In this document: in pieces, positions 22,270 to 33,531 of the stretch
Layout of the letters: each line of letters opens with the position of its first letter
Numbering within the stretch: position 1 is the stretch's first letter
Assembly (NCBI GenBank): GCA_030167865.1
Contig: JALAGF010000816.1
Span: forward strand, 1 to 42,821
Length of the DNA stretch: 42,821 nt
Direction of reading: 5' to 3'
Source: Craspedostauros australis
Taxonomy: Eukaryota
Made by a program: the position numbers and the translations under genes
The notes under the pieces: generated by a model
Told to the model about the DNA's origin: nothing
Databases searched by the model: none
What the model saw: only the letters and a program-made list of their open reading frames with translations

Positions 22270-23256
22270 GGTCTCGCTTTCTTTCTTGGTTCCTTCCTTG
22301 GTGTAAGTTCACACTACGATCTCACAAGCACCACCTCTCTTCTCTTCACTTCTCTTCACGACATGAGGTGTTATATCACACAAGAGGCACGAACATATAC
22401 GCACGGGGGTCTGCTCACGACGTGGGACTCTGCGATGGACCGTCTTCGACTCTGCTCTTCAAGATGGACGAAAGCGTTCCTATTCCGAAGAAGATTGTGT
22501 GATTGATCTCGTCCACGACGCTGGTGGTGGTGATGGTGGTGTGTTGGATCCATCACATTTCCCTTGCATTGCGTTGCTTTGCGTTACTTTGCCGTGCTTT
22601 GCCTTATCACACTCTTGTGGTGCCCACGATCCGCGGCGATCTTTGGCATTGGCACCTTCTCTCCTAGCGTGGATTGTGCGGCGTGGATGGTATCCACAAG
22701 TCATGTCTCCTTTCTCTGTGGTTCGCCTCTTTAGGATTTGAACGTTGACCTTCATAGAGAACGAAAATTTTCATTCCGTACGGTAGGCCTGTGAACTTGC
22801 AACCAGAGTCCGATGTATCCTGTTTGAATTCGATGGTAGAAGCAAGGGCCGTCTGTCATGCTTGCCAGCGATTTACTGTGATGATGATACCATGCTACCC
22901 AAAACGGCTTTGTTCAAGGCGGTGTCGGGATGGAGAGCCGGTTGTTGAGCAGCAGTGAGAGTGAGAACGAGAAAATCCCAGGAGCAGTTTCGCTTGATTC
23001 ATGGACAAGGCCACACATCACAGACAGATCAATGGCAGCAACCGGCATTCCATTGCGACGGCAACCTCGACGCCCGTTGGATTGCATGTCAATCAGCTTC
23101 AACAAAGAGTCGGATCGCATGAAGCAGGATGTCGAGAAGTACGACATGACTGCGAGCATGTGTTCATATGGTATTGTCTTGGTACGTACTATTAGTATGC
23201 AGTGATATGTATTACTTTGGTGAAGTAAGGCATGGTCCATCCTTCCTTCTTTCCAT

Positions 23257-23397
23257 CTCTCGAACTTCAAATCCGAGGTCTCTTCGTGTGAGAGTTGAAG
23301 GCAGCCATTGCGATGAATGGGACGTGTACACGTCTCCAAACTCAGAATGATTGCCTTCAACTGTCACACAAAGAACCTCGGATTTGAAGTTCGAAAG
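23257..23397. repeat. ~141-bp imperfect palindrome (foldback/MITE-like hairpin)
   Basis: Arm 23257-23309 matches the reverse complement of 23346-23397, including a perfect 20-bp TCGAACTTCAAATCCGAGGT. A central perfect palindrome GACGTGTACACGTC (23321-23334) lies on the same axis. Confidence 0.9.
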
Positions 23398-23517
23398 GTT
23401 GTTGCATTGCTCGAATGCATGGCGGACACCAAGTCATGCGATGGTGTCCAGCCTATTGATGCGTGGCATGTATAACATGTATTGTTGGTCTGTCTTGTGG
23501 CGATGGCGTCACTCAAT

Positions 23518-24229
23518 TCAGTCGAGGAGGTCGGCAGCTACGAGCCATTCCTCAGCGGAGATGTCGGAGCCGGATTGGGAGCAGGTGTTGGCGTCTTGGC
23601 CATCAAGCACTGTTTCGATGGGAGGCATTCCAGTGTCGAATGGCTCCAGCGAAACGGAGTTGACGGCGAACATTGCGTGGCATCCACAATCGGGTGAGCG
23701 GTTTTCGCAGTTAAAGCAGAGCATCTGCTCTGGCGGCTGTCCTGGTGGCAGGGTGTTGGTGGTGATGGGGTCCACCATTGACATGCACAGGCTGACGAAG
23801 GCTTGGTTGGCCGCCTCTTGAGCCTTGTCTTTGATCGACTTCTTGCGCCTGCCCTTTGGGTGCTTTGGCTGTTTCGCCTTCATCTTCGTCTTCGTCGTGT
23901 GCAAAACGAGAATGCAGATCATTTGAAGGCATGGAGAGACAGGCAGCGAGATACCATTAGTAGTTGTGGTAGTAGAGACAGGTAGAGACGGAGAGAGAGA
24001 GAGAGACAGGGAAGGCGATCGTTGGGCGGAAGAACCGCGACGCCACCGGCAGGATGCGAGGGTGAGCTAGTGCGGATGAAGGCATCATGCACACAACACG
24101 AGTACGAGCAGCATCCGCGTTGTGGCAACTGGCCCTCGCAGCAAACCTCACCTTGCGGGGGCATGCGCAGGTTTTCTTGCGCTCTCTGCAGCTGCCACAC
24201 AGGTACTTCCCGCGCTTCTTGCTTGCCAT
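23518..24229 (-). CDS. Small Cys-motif basic protein (~149 aa, putative 2 exons)
   Basis: Exon 1, 24229-24152, encodes MASKKRGKYLCGSCRERKKTCACPRK and is followed by a GTGAGG donor. Exon 2, ~23889-23518 (weak AAG acceptor), has a K/R-rich stretch, CFNCENRSPDCGC and an acidic tail. Confidence 0.45.
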
Positions 24230-25193
24230 CGTCTTGTTTGCTTGCCTTGGCTTGGCTTGGCCTCAACGAACTGGCCAATCAACGGATCAATCAACAGATC
24301 AATCACTCGGTCAGAGTGTTGGTCTGCACTCTAATCTGTTCGCACCAGGCAATCAATCAATCGATCAATCGATCAATCGACTGATCGGTTTATGGACAAC
24401 TTCGTTGCAGCGCGCGTTTTGCTGTGCCACCAGATCTTTCCTTCAGCACCCTCTCTTGAGTCGCCCAACACGCTGGAGTGAAGGCGTCAGCAGTGTTCCT
24501 TCGGTCCCACCACTGTTCCTCGTTGTTCTTTGTGTTGCTGTTGGTTCTGTGTTGTTGCTTGTTGCACACGTTTGGCGCGGAATCGGAAGATATCTTCATC
24601 TATTCGGTAATGTTTGTTGTGCTTAATAATTCGAACACTTCGACCAAAGCAGAAAACAATGGTTGCTGACATCATCCTGCGTCAGAATTCGCGAGCCTGA
24701 TGTGATCCCGCAAGTCTTGGGAACATCACAAAGTCGCCAACAGAGCGATGTTCTTGTGTTCTCACGTTCTCATTGTTTCTCACACACTTCTTCCACATCC
24801 TTGATTTCTTCCAACATTTCTGTTCCTCCAGCATCAGCATAATACGATCTGATCGTATCTCGAGGGGCACAAGCAAGCAAGGAATCAATCGTTCAAGAGA
24901 AAGAGGAAGCGAGGGGACACCTTGGATCGGGCACGCAGGCGGGGAAAAGAGAATCGTACTCGGAGAGAGCGAGAGCGAGAGAGAGTTGGACACAGATAGA
25001 GTGAGAAAGGGTTCAGGATCGATCGACTCATAATTCTGATCTTCATTTTGAAGACGTCCAAGGCATCGAAGGCATCGAATATAGCTACCACAGGCAACGC
25101 ATAACGGGCAATACCGCAGAAGCTCAAGAGCATAGCTCGTACGACTACTACTCGGACTCTGATCCATACAAGTACATACCTTTCAAGATCACG

Positions 25194-26414
25194 ATGACAG
25201 ACATAAACCAAGACGCTGTTAAGGTGGATTCCAAGGAGACGCCGCCGGTGTCGGAGTACGGTGCCACCGATGGACCCACGCATGGAAACGAGATGGCGCA
25301 ACAGGAGGAGAAGGTTCGTCAGGAGAGGGCCGTGCCACACGATGATGAACCTGGTGTTCCCAACGATGATCCCGCTGCCGCTTCTGCTCTTGCCGACCAT
25401 CTTTCGAACGATGCCACGATGAACACTGCGGAAGACGCCAACGCCACCACCGGCACGTCACCGCAATCACGGCCGAAACCGCGAAGACACCGACAACGAC
25501 AGCAGACGCCATCGCAGCTGTTCGCCGACAACCGCCGCCTCAGCGTGCGCGACGTCAATTGGCAGATCCCCACCAACTTGGCCGCGCAGGATCTCATCGA
25601 GGAGGAGCACGGCGAGGATTCCTGGCGATTCAAGACGCTCAAGTTCCTGCACTCCTCCAAGCTCCAGTTCCTGCTCATGGGCCTTCTCCTTGCCGACATC
25701 ATCATCCTCTTCACCGAGCTGTTCCTGCTGGCGCAGTATCCGCACTGTCACATCATCGAACGTGACGCCATCTCGTGCTGTTCTTCTTCCGACAAACAGG
25801 ATGACGCGCACCGTTGGCTGACAGGTGGTGATGATGGTGATCACGATCATCATGACTACTGTTCAACGCCTGACACTGCTGCCGCCAAAGACTACAACGC
25901 CGGATGCGATGAGCACAAATGGTCCAAGGTGCATCATGCGGAAGAGGTCCTGTTCGCCATGACGATCGCCATTCTCGTCGTCTTCTTCGTGGAGCTCAAC
26001 GTGGAGATGGTGGCGCTGAAACCCCAGATCTTCTGGCGTCAGTTCTTCTTCGGCATGGACTACATCATCGTCACGGTGAGTTTGGTGCTGGAGCTGACAT
26101 TCCACTTCCTGGACGAGGCGACGATCCAGTCCCTGTTCGGCCTGCTGATCCTGGCCAGGGTTTGGAGGTTCATCCGCATCGGGCACGGCATCGTGGAACT
26201 GACGCACGAGTGGGCGCATCACGATTATTCGCATCTGCTGGCGTACACGGAGGAGCTGGAGGAGATGCTCATGACAAGGGGCGTGGCGTTGCCGGATCAT
26301 AGGCCGACGCTGCATCATGAGGAGGCGTCGGATTCAGATCATGATCTGCTCGAGGCGATCGAGCGCAAGCGGCGTTTGAAGTACCGTGCCTCTTCGAGCA
26401 TGCAGCATGCGTAG
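25194..26414 (+). CDS. Hv1: Voltage-gated proton channel Hv1 (406 aa)
   Basis: Four TM segments. S1 selectivity Asp in GLLLADIIILFTEL; S2 ILVVFFVEL; S3 MDYIIVTVSLVLE; S4 signature RVWRFIR (RxWRxxR) followed by IGHG; short C-terminal helix; no pore domain. Confidence 0.92.
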   Translation: MTDINQDAVKVDSKETPPVSEYGATDGPTHGNEMAQQEEKVRQERAVPHDDEPGVPNDDPAAASALADHLSNDATMNTAEDANATTGTSPQSRPKPRRHRQRQQTPSQLFADNRRLSVRDVNWQIPTNLAAQDLIEEEHGEDSWRFKTLKFLHSSKLQFLLMGLLLADIIILFTELFLLAQYPHCHIIERDAISCCSSSDKQDDAHRWLTGGDDGDHDHHDYCSTPDTAAAKDYNAGCDEHKWSKVHHAEEVLFAMTIAILVVFFVELNVEMVALKPQIFWRQFFFGMDYIIVTVSLVLELTFHFLDEATIQSLFGLLILARVWRFIRIGHGIVELTHEWAHHDYSHLLAYTEELEEMLMTRGVALPDHRPTLHHEEASDSDHDLLEAIERKRRLKYRASSSMQHA

Positions 26415-26654
26415 AGTAGATGGTGTGGGTGTGCACATCCGCACATACTCATATTCTCCAAAGAGAGAGAGAGAGAGCGAAGAGCTCTAGACTGCGTTAC
26501 TGCTACAACAATTGATCAAAGTACGTACTACAATACTTATTTTGCCACACCCTGCCTGTACCTTACATAGTGTAGTTGCTGTGGTGGTCGATGCAATGAA
26601 ATGCGCTTGTGCCAAGTTACACAATACCACACCACCACCATGCTGAAATAATGA

Positions 26655-28445
26655 TCACACAAAACTCTGCTGAGGGGCATCCGGCAAAGTGGGCGGCGAG
26701 AACTCGACCGTCTCGGAGGAGTTCCTGTCCTGCACAATGGACTGCGGTTGCTGTTCCCCTTCCATGAGAGGGACCTCACGATAGTCCGTGTGGACGTTGC
26801 CACCGAATGAAAATCCCTGGCCGAATCTGGAAGACGAAGCGCCCTCGCCATCAGCAAGGGAGGAGAAGCCACCGAGGACGCTGCTGCCCATCCAGGAAGA
26901 GGAACCCGCCGCTGGCGCACCCGGGGCACTGACGGATGCATCGTCCAGTCCGTGTTGCAGCTCGGCCTCGAGCATTTCGCGGCTGAGAGCCTCGCGTCCG
27001 ATGCGGAGATTCAAGTAGAGCACGACCTCCAGACTGCACGACGCGATGGGTTTGGAATTGTGTTGAAAGGTGTGAGTTGGCACTGGCTCCAATCACTGTC
27101 TTTGGAGTCTGTTTGGTACAATACACAATGCAGTACATGGTACAGTACACAATGCAGTACATGGTACAGTACACAATGCAGTACACAACACAACATATAG
27201 TGTAGAACAATGTACTCCCAACATTCCAGTATTCCAACCAACATTGCATCATTCCATGGCAGAAGGCGACATAACTTACATGGAATGCAATGGAAAGAAG
27301 ATGAACTTTGGCAGGAACTCTGCGAGGATCCCTGGTATGGTGAAGAGGACGTCCCCGATATCTCCGTTGTTGGTGAAGACGAGATGCATGAGACGGCGCA
27401 AGATGGTGTGCGCCATGTATAGAAGGAAGAGGGAGCACAGAACGTAGCAGCGGCTGTCCGTGATGAGATCCCAGCTGCGGGCGAGACCGCGACGCGCGCC
27501 TTCGCAGTTGCAGGAACGCAGGGTTGCCTGGCGGTGGCCCTGCTGCTCCAGCACGATGGCGGGTCCCGACAGCACCCAGCCGATGTAGACGTAGGTTCCG
27601 TAGGCCAGACCGATGGTGCCGACGATGGTGGCCAGGATGATGGTGAATATGTTTGGATGGTAGGCTGCGAGGACGAAGGAGAGGTAGGGGAGGAGCGCGA
27701 TTCCGGCCATGGCGATGATGATGATGAAGGAAGCGCCGAGCAGGGTGACGAGGTTCTTCTGGATGGCGTCGCGGAAGCAGTTCTGCCAGGAGATGATGGG
27801 TATGCTCTCCCGGCTGCCTTGGTTGCCTTGGCTGCGTTGGTTGGGAGAGGATGACTGAATGTAGAGCTGAGCCGTGGCCCGGAACATGGCCGCCCTGCCC
27901 ACGACCGTGAAGATGGCGAAGAGACCGAGCTCGACAAAGACGACGAAGGTGATGAGCGGGATGTGGGTTGGGTGGAACTCCGGATGCATGCTCTGCTCCC
28001 ATCTGGAGAAGGCGAAGAAGATGGTGAGGGTGCTGTAGAACATGCCGTAGGGAACGAGCGAGACCGCAGACAGGATGCCGAACAGATCGTAGTGGTCCAT
28101 GAAGAGGCCTACCGTGCGACGGAAGGTGCCTCCGAAGGACAGGTAGGTGAAGGCATCCGATTCTCCCCCACCGCCGCCATTCATGTTGCCGTTCATGTTG
28201 CCATCCGTGTTGCCTGCTCCTGCTGGTCCGGCTGGTGGGTTGCCCATGCCTGGTACACCTGCGTTCGAGGGCATGTCCTCGTGGATGGACTCCATGATGG
28301 TTTGTCCCGCCTGCTCCATCTGCATTTGCATCTGCTGCATCTGTTGTTGTTGCTCCATGTGCACAGAAGGAGACGATGCCTCCTGTTGGCCCTGTTGGCC
28401 CTGTTGACCTTGCTGGCCTGGATCGCCTGCTGCGTGATTCATCAT
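26655..28445 (-). CDS. Multi-pass membrane protein (~6 TM, ~514 aa, 2 exons), GDPD-membrane-domain-like
   Basis: Exons 28445-27280 and 27033-26655, with a phase-2 GTAAGT...GTGCAG intron giving ...PLHSILEVVLYLNLRIGRE. Motifs PAIVLE..GLARSWDL and LYLNLRIGRE are typical of this membrane family. The N-terminus is Q/M/G-rich. Confidence 0.8.
27114..27185 (+). repeat. Intronic minisatellite, 24-bp unit TGGTACAGTACACAATGCAGTACA x3
   Basis: Three head-to-tail copies (one substitution in the first) inside intron 27034-27279. Confidence 0.9.
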
Positions 28446-29483
28446 CGCAAAAGCCCCAATCGATTGCGACGAACTCCGTCAATCTGAATCTTGGATGGAT
28501 CGCTTTGCTTGTGTGCTTTGTTCGTTTGCTTCACTTGTGAATGGAACGATCTACTACTACTATATGATGTTATATAAAAGATCGTACCCCCCTCAAGCGA
28601 TCACTCAAGCTATGACCTTGGATTGGCGATGTGTTACCAATACAATGGCAACTACAATGGCAATGACAATGGCAATGACAATGACGATGATAATGAGGAA
28701 TGTTGTGGATCTGATGCCGCCAAGGATACATGGATTGTGCGAATGCATTCAGCACAAAGACGCGACAAGGCGAAACAAGGCAACACAAGACACACGCTGT
28801 TCGCACTCAAAGCTCATACCAATACACGTACTGTCCACAGCGTGGTGCGCAGTACGCGAATGCGGACAGCACGTGTTTGTCACGGTCGTGTCCTCCCTCC
28901 GCTTCTCGTTTCCTTGGTTTTGGCAATGCCGGGATTTGTTTCGAACAAATGGGTTCAATCGTGTTTTGATGTCAACTCAGACACTATTCAAGTCCAACTG
29001 TGTTTGATTCCTATGACCATAAGATTGAGTCCGTCCGTATGTACGATTACACAGGTGTTCATTCCTTCTGTGGTGGTCGTGGAATACGTCAGCACGTGTT
29101 TGACGTCATCCTCGACGCGATGCCGACGTCATCTGTTGGAGGTCACAACGAAGCCATCACATTACGTCATTTCGTGTCACACGACGAAAGATTCAACTTG
29201 CGTCTTCCTCCGAATGACAACACAACGCAACGCACTGACATGCGAGGCCACTTTTGATGCAGACAAAGACGCGTGTCTCCATGTGACATCATCCGTATCG
29301 GTATCTGCATCTGCGCTTTCTGTTCTCATCAATAGTCGTAGTGTAGATCGTATAGGATCCTCGTTGACAGACGACATCAATCAAATCTGCTGTGCCGCAC
29401 TCTGTCTGCTATTGCTATCATAAATCGCACACCCCAAAGACTCCAAGGGACGCACATCACCTCAACCCAAATCAACAGAAAGC

Positions 29484-31089
29484 ATGAAGCTCTCCGCCCT
29501 CCTTTTGACCGCCCTCGTGGCCCCATCGGCCGCCTTCGCCCCATCCTCGCAGATTGGCTCCCCAGTGCAGAAGAGCATGGACAGCGCCTCCGCCCTCGCT
29601 GGAACCACAAAGCAGCCACCGGAGATCCCACCTCCACGCAAGGTCTCCTACGGAGAGGAATCCAGAGCCTACCGCCGCACCGTCTACACCCACGATGACT
29701 GGGTCAAGCACCGATCCCCGGACCGCTTCGCCCGCAACCTCTCCACCATCGTCACATCCGGAGTCTACAAGAACCTGGGTCGCGAGGTCTTGGCCACCAC
29801 CGCCGTCGCCACCTTCGTCTGCCTCTTCAACCTCGCTGTTAGTGGATACGTTGACTTCTCCGGCGCCGCCCACGAGGGTATCCTTCAGGGAGTCCTTCCG
29901 CTCCTCACCCTTCCTTTGACCGGATTCACCCTCTCCTCTCCATCTCTCGGACTTCTCCTCGGTGAGTCTCTCATCATGATTGTGACAGGATGCGATGCAT
30001 TCATGGTGTCGTCCATCAAGGCAGTGCTCTGCAACTGCCTGTTGGTGGAGGGTTTCAACTTGAGGCTGCACATGATGTAGCAATCACATGTTGACGCATT
30101 TCCACAGGGATTCTGTATCTCACTTTTCCAATGCCGCTGTCTCATTATTTGCATCTCCACACGACCATGCACATTGCATTATGCATGTTCACTCCTATCC
30201 ACTCACGTCCACTCACGTCGACTCATGCACAACATCATTTGCAAATGGTACAATCGCAGTCTTCCGGACCAACACCGCCTACCAGCGCTGGGACGAAGCC
30301 CGTAAGAACTGGGGAATGAACATCAACCACACCCGTGATCTGGTGCGTCTGGGAAATGCCTACTACGACAGCTCCGAGGTCGGCTCGGAACGCCGCCGCG
30401 AGGACCTCGACCGTCTCTCCAAGTGCACATGGGCCTTCGTTCGCTCCATGAAGCGCCACCTGTCGCCAGAGTGGGAGGACGAGGAGTTCTTCCGCAAGGA
30501 GCTCTACGAACGCCTTCCGGAGGCACAGGCCAACGCCATCATCAACGCCGCCCACAGACCAAACCGCGCCCTCTTCGATCTCAGTCTCGCCATCGAGAAC
30601 ATGCCCATGCACTTCATCCGTAAGAACGAGGTCCACCGCGCCGTCACCATCTTCGAGGACAACCTCGGTTCCTCCGAGCGTCTCCTCACATCGCCCGTCC
30701 CGCTCTTCTACTCCCGACACACGGCGCGATTCCTCGGATTCTGGCTGCTGCTCCTTCCATTCGCCCTCTTCGATCCATTTGGCAACACCTGGAACCACCT
30801 CGGCATGATCCCCGCCACTGCCGTCATCTCCGTCTTCCTCTTCGGTATCGAGGAGCTCGCCACGCAGATGGAGGAGCCATTCACCATCCTCCCCATGCAG
30901 GCGTTCTGCGACAAGATCGGCAACTGGTGCAACGAGATCGTCTCGTGGGAGGCCGGCGACAACGGCATGCCGGTCTACAAGAGCAGCGAAAAGGACATGC
31001 AGCTCGATATGGGCACTGCCGCCGCCACCAGCGCCGATTCCGGTGCCAACGGATCCAAGGGACGTCTTCGATCCGTTCTTTTCAACTAA
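29484..31089 (+). CDS. Plastid-targeted bestrophin-like anion channel (435 aa, 2 exons)
   Basis: Signal peptide plus ASAFAP-type motif (MKLSALLLTALVAPSAA/FAP). Exons 29484-29961 and 30260-31089 (GTGAGT...CGCAG, phase 1) restore LGLLLVFRTNTAYQRWDEARKNWG. Also ERLLTSPVPLFYSRHTARFL and GIEELATQMEEPF. Confidence 0.93.
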
Positions 31090-32018
31090 ACGAATCGATG
31101 TGGTTTGATCCACCCTTTTTCATGCTACAGCATACTGGGCACGCACACAAGCGCAGTTGCCTTTCATCTCAGCCATCACATCACATCATCGCACAGGCAG
31201 AGTCATGGTCTTGATATTCGTGAACAGGATGATGGCAATCATGTTTGATGAGCATGCGCGAAGAGCATGAGGAGAGGCAAGCAGAAGCAGAAGCACCCAA
31301 ATAGAAAACAATACCAACGATCATGATAGGATCATGGCAGTTGCGCCAACAGTGATACCCTCATGCCACACATTACGCGTCCGTAACCGATAGCACATTT
31401 TTTATTGGCAAACCACGTCTTCCAATTGTGGAGTAGATCTGTTGGAATATTCGTATAATAGGATGCATTCGATGTGCGCAGCGGCAGCCTCTACGAGCAG
31501 TACTCGTATTTCAATAGTAGTATCTCACATTGTGACCTTGGGCGTTTGCATTTGTGCATTCATGTCGTCCTCCAGATGACGTACCAAGCATACTAGCACG
31601 AGTACTCGCGACAATCTACCAACCCTCTCTCAGCGAAGTGACATCATCATTCGTCCATTATGCGCAGTACTATTATAGTATGCGTTGTTGCTGCATTCGC
31701 ATGCATCACCCACATCGCAAGTAGTCAACGAGCATCAACGATCTTGTCAACATCTGCTTCTCTAAAACCAACTACTCCATTGACACCCTACTCCACACAT
31801 CACACCCTCGAATGACCCAGTTTCACTTGACTCCTGCAAATATCAGTTGAGCATGGTATTATATGTATTATTATGACATCCCGGTTGTAGAATACTAGGT
31901 ATGATTGGCTCATTGTCTTACTCCAACTCCAACTCCTTTCCAAGTAATGCTCCACTCGGCTCCACCCTTGACTTGTCTAGCATAATATTATAATAGAATA
32001 TTCTATGATATTGTAATA

Positions 32019-32528
32019 CTAGTATGACGGAGCTGAGCCTGCGTTGTTGTGCGAATTTCCAAACTGCTGCTGCTGCTGCGTGTTGTTGTTGCCGCTGTTC
32101 CTGGGCGTCATGCGTCGCTCCACCCACTTGAGTCCCTTGGTGAGGCCCTTGCCCGTCTTCTCCACGATGTGATGCTTCTGATCGATCTTCTTGAGACGAT
32201 CGCCGGTGGCCGCCACAGCGTCGCCTCCCGCACGCGCCACATCGCCCGTCTTGGACTTGGAAGTGACCGCCAGAGCTGCGCCGCCTGCGGCCACTACGGC
32301 TAGAGCGGGTCCCGCCACGAGCAGTCCCGCGACGCCACCTGCCACTGCGGCTCCGGCCAGCTGCCTCTTCGTGTGCGGCGCCATGCTGGATCGGTCGCTG
32401 TTGGGGGCACCATCGTTGGATGGAGCCTGTTGCTGCTGTTGCTGGTACTGCTGCTGATTAGTCTGTTGGCCAGGGTGGTTGGCCGGAGCTTGTGTCCAAT
32501 CTCGATTCTCTCCTGGGAAGCCGCTCAT
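32019..32528 (-). CDS. Hypothetical glycine-zipper-like membrane protein (169 aa)
   Basis: ATG follows an A/C-rich leader. AGAAVAGGVAGLLVAGPALAVVAAGGAA is followed by GDVARAGG..KKIDQKHHIVEKT, and the ends are Q/N-rich. Confidence 0.75.
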   Translation of the reverse strand: MSGFPGENRDWTQAPANHPGQQTNQQQYQQQQQQAPSNDGAPNSDRSSMAPHTKRQLAGAAVAGGVAGLLVAGPALAVVAAGGAALAVTSKSKTGDVARAGGDAVAATGDRLKKIDQKHHIVEKTGKGLTKGLKWVERRMTPRNSGNNNTQQQQQFGNSHNNAGSAPSY

Positions 32529-33531
32529 GTTTGTGTTGCTTTTGCTTTTACTTTTACTTATATTTGGCTTTTGGGTTGTTGCTTGTTTGTTTGACTATTG
32601 GGTTGTTGTTTGGGTTGTTGTTGATGATCAGTTTATGACCCTGTATGTTGATGATGTGAGCTTGTATGGACGACCTATTGTTCGCAAGCAAGTGGGCAAG
32701 TGGGCAAGCAAGGAGAGAGAGAGAGATGTTGTCGACACAACACTCTCATTCGTGGTGTTGCGATCGCGAACGTCCTGAAGCAAGAAAGCTCCTCCGCTGC
32801 TTCCTTTCCACTGCGTTCTCTCCTTTGGTGGTTGTTCTTGTTGTCGCCGCTTTTCTTCTTCCTTTCGTCGCGATTCCATTCATTCCCGCAATTCTGCCAA
32901 GACCAAATCATCAAATCTTGGTTCGTGGGATAATTGGAATCATTCGACTCAAATGCAATCACCTCCATCCCACGTTCTGATTGGCTGCAACATGTCACAA
33001 GAAGTCAGAAAGGGAACGAATCTTGGTATCACCTCCGACATCACAAACGTGGAACACAGAACAACAACACGCTCACAGAGAAACGAGTCGACCATGGCGC
33101 TCTCTGCCGTCTTCACAATTTCGTTCAGCGCTGCGATTCCCTCCGCTCCGCTCCACCAATACTCGTCGCTCGTCTAATATTATACATGACGATGATTTGG
33201 TGATTGAAAGACTGATGGACTGATGAACCGGCTGATCCGATTGAGACGCCGTGACGACCCCCATTCCATTCCACTCCTCAGAGACGCTCCTCCTTCGATG
33301 AACACAACACATCGCAACATGACACAATGCGATGCCTCGATTCGATTCTATTCGATGTTTCTCACACTCTGACATGTTAGTATTTCATAAAATCATATGT
33401 CGTATTATATGTCATAGCTCATACAATGCTGCCAACTAAATCGCCTCCTTTCCTTTTGCATTATTGTATCGCGTTCCGTCATACTACGAGCACGAGTATG
33501 GTATAGTACAATGCTACGAGTATCGTCCTCT

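Noticed and set aside
22914-23360. 148-aa minus-strand ORF overlapping the palindrome, considered as a transposase or protease remnant
   Set aside because: I could not support any catalytic motif, and I found no element termini or TSD around 20.4-24.7 kb.
27114-27185. 24-bp repeats as a possible CRISPR array
   Set aside because: The copies are head-to-tail with no spacers, lie inside a spliceosomal intron, and have no cas genes nearby.
26851-28482. 543-aa His/Arg-rich ORF
   Set aside because: It is an alternative frame of the membrane-protein gene that runs through its intron.
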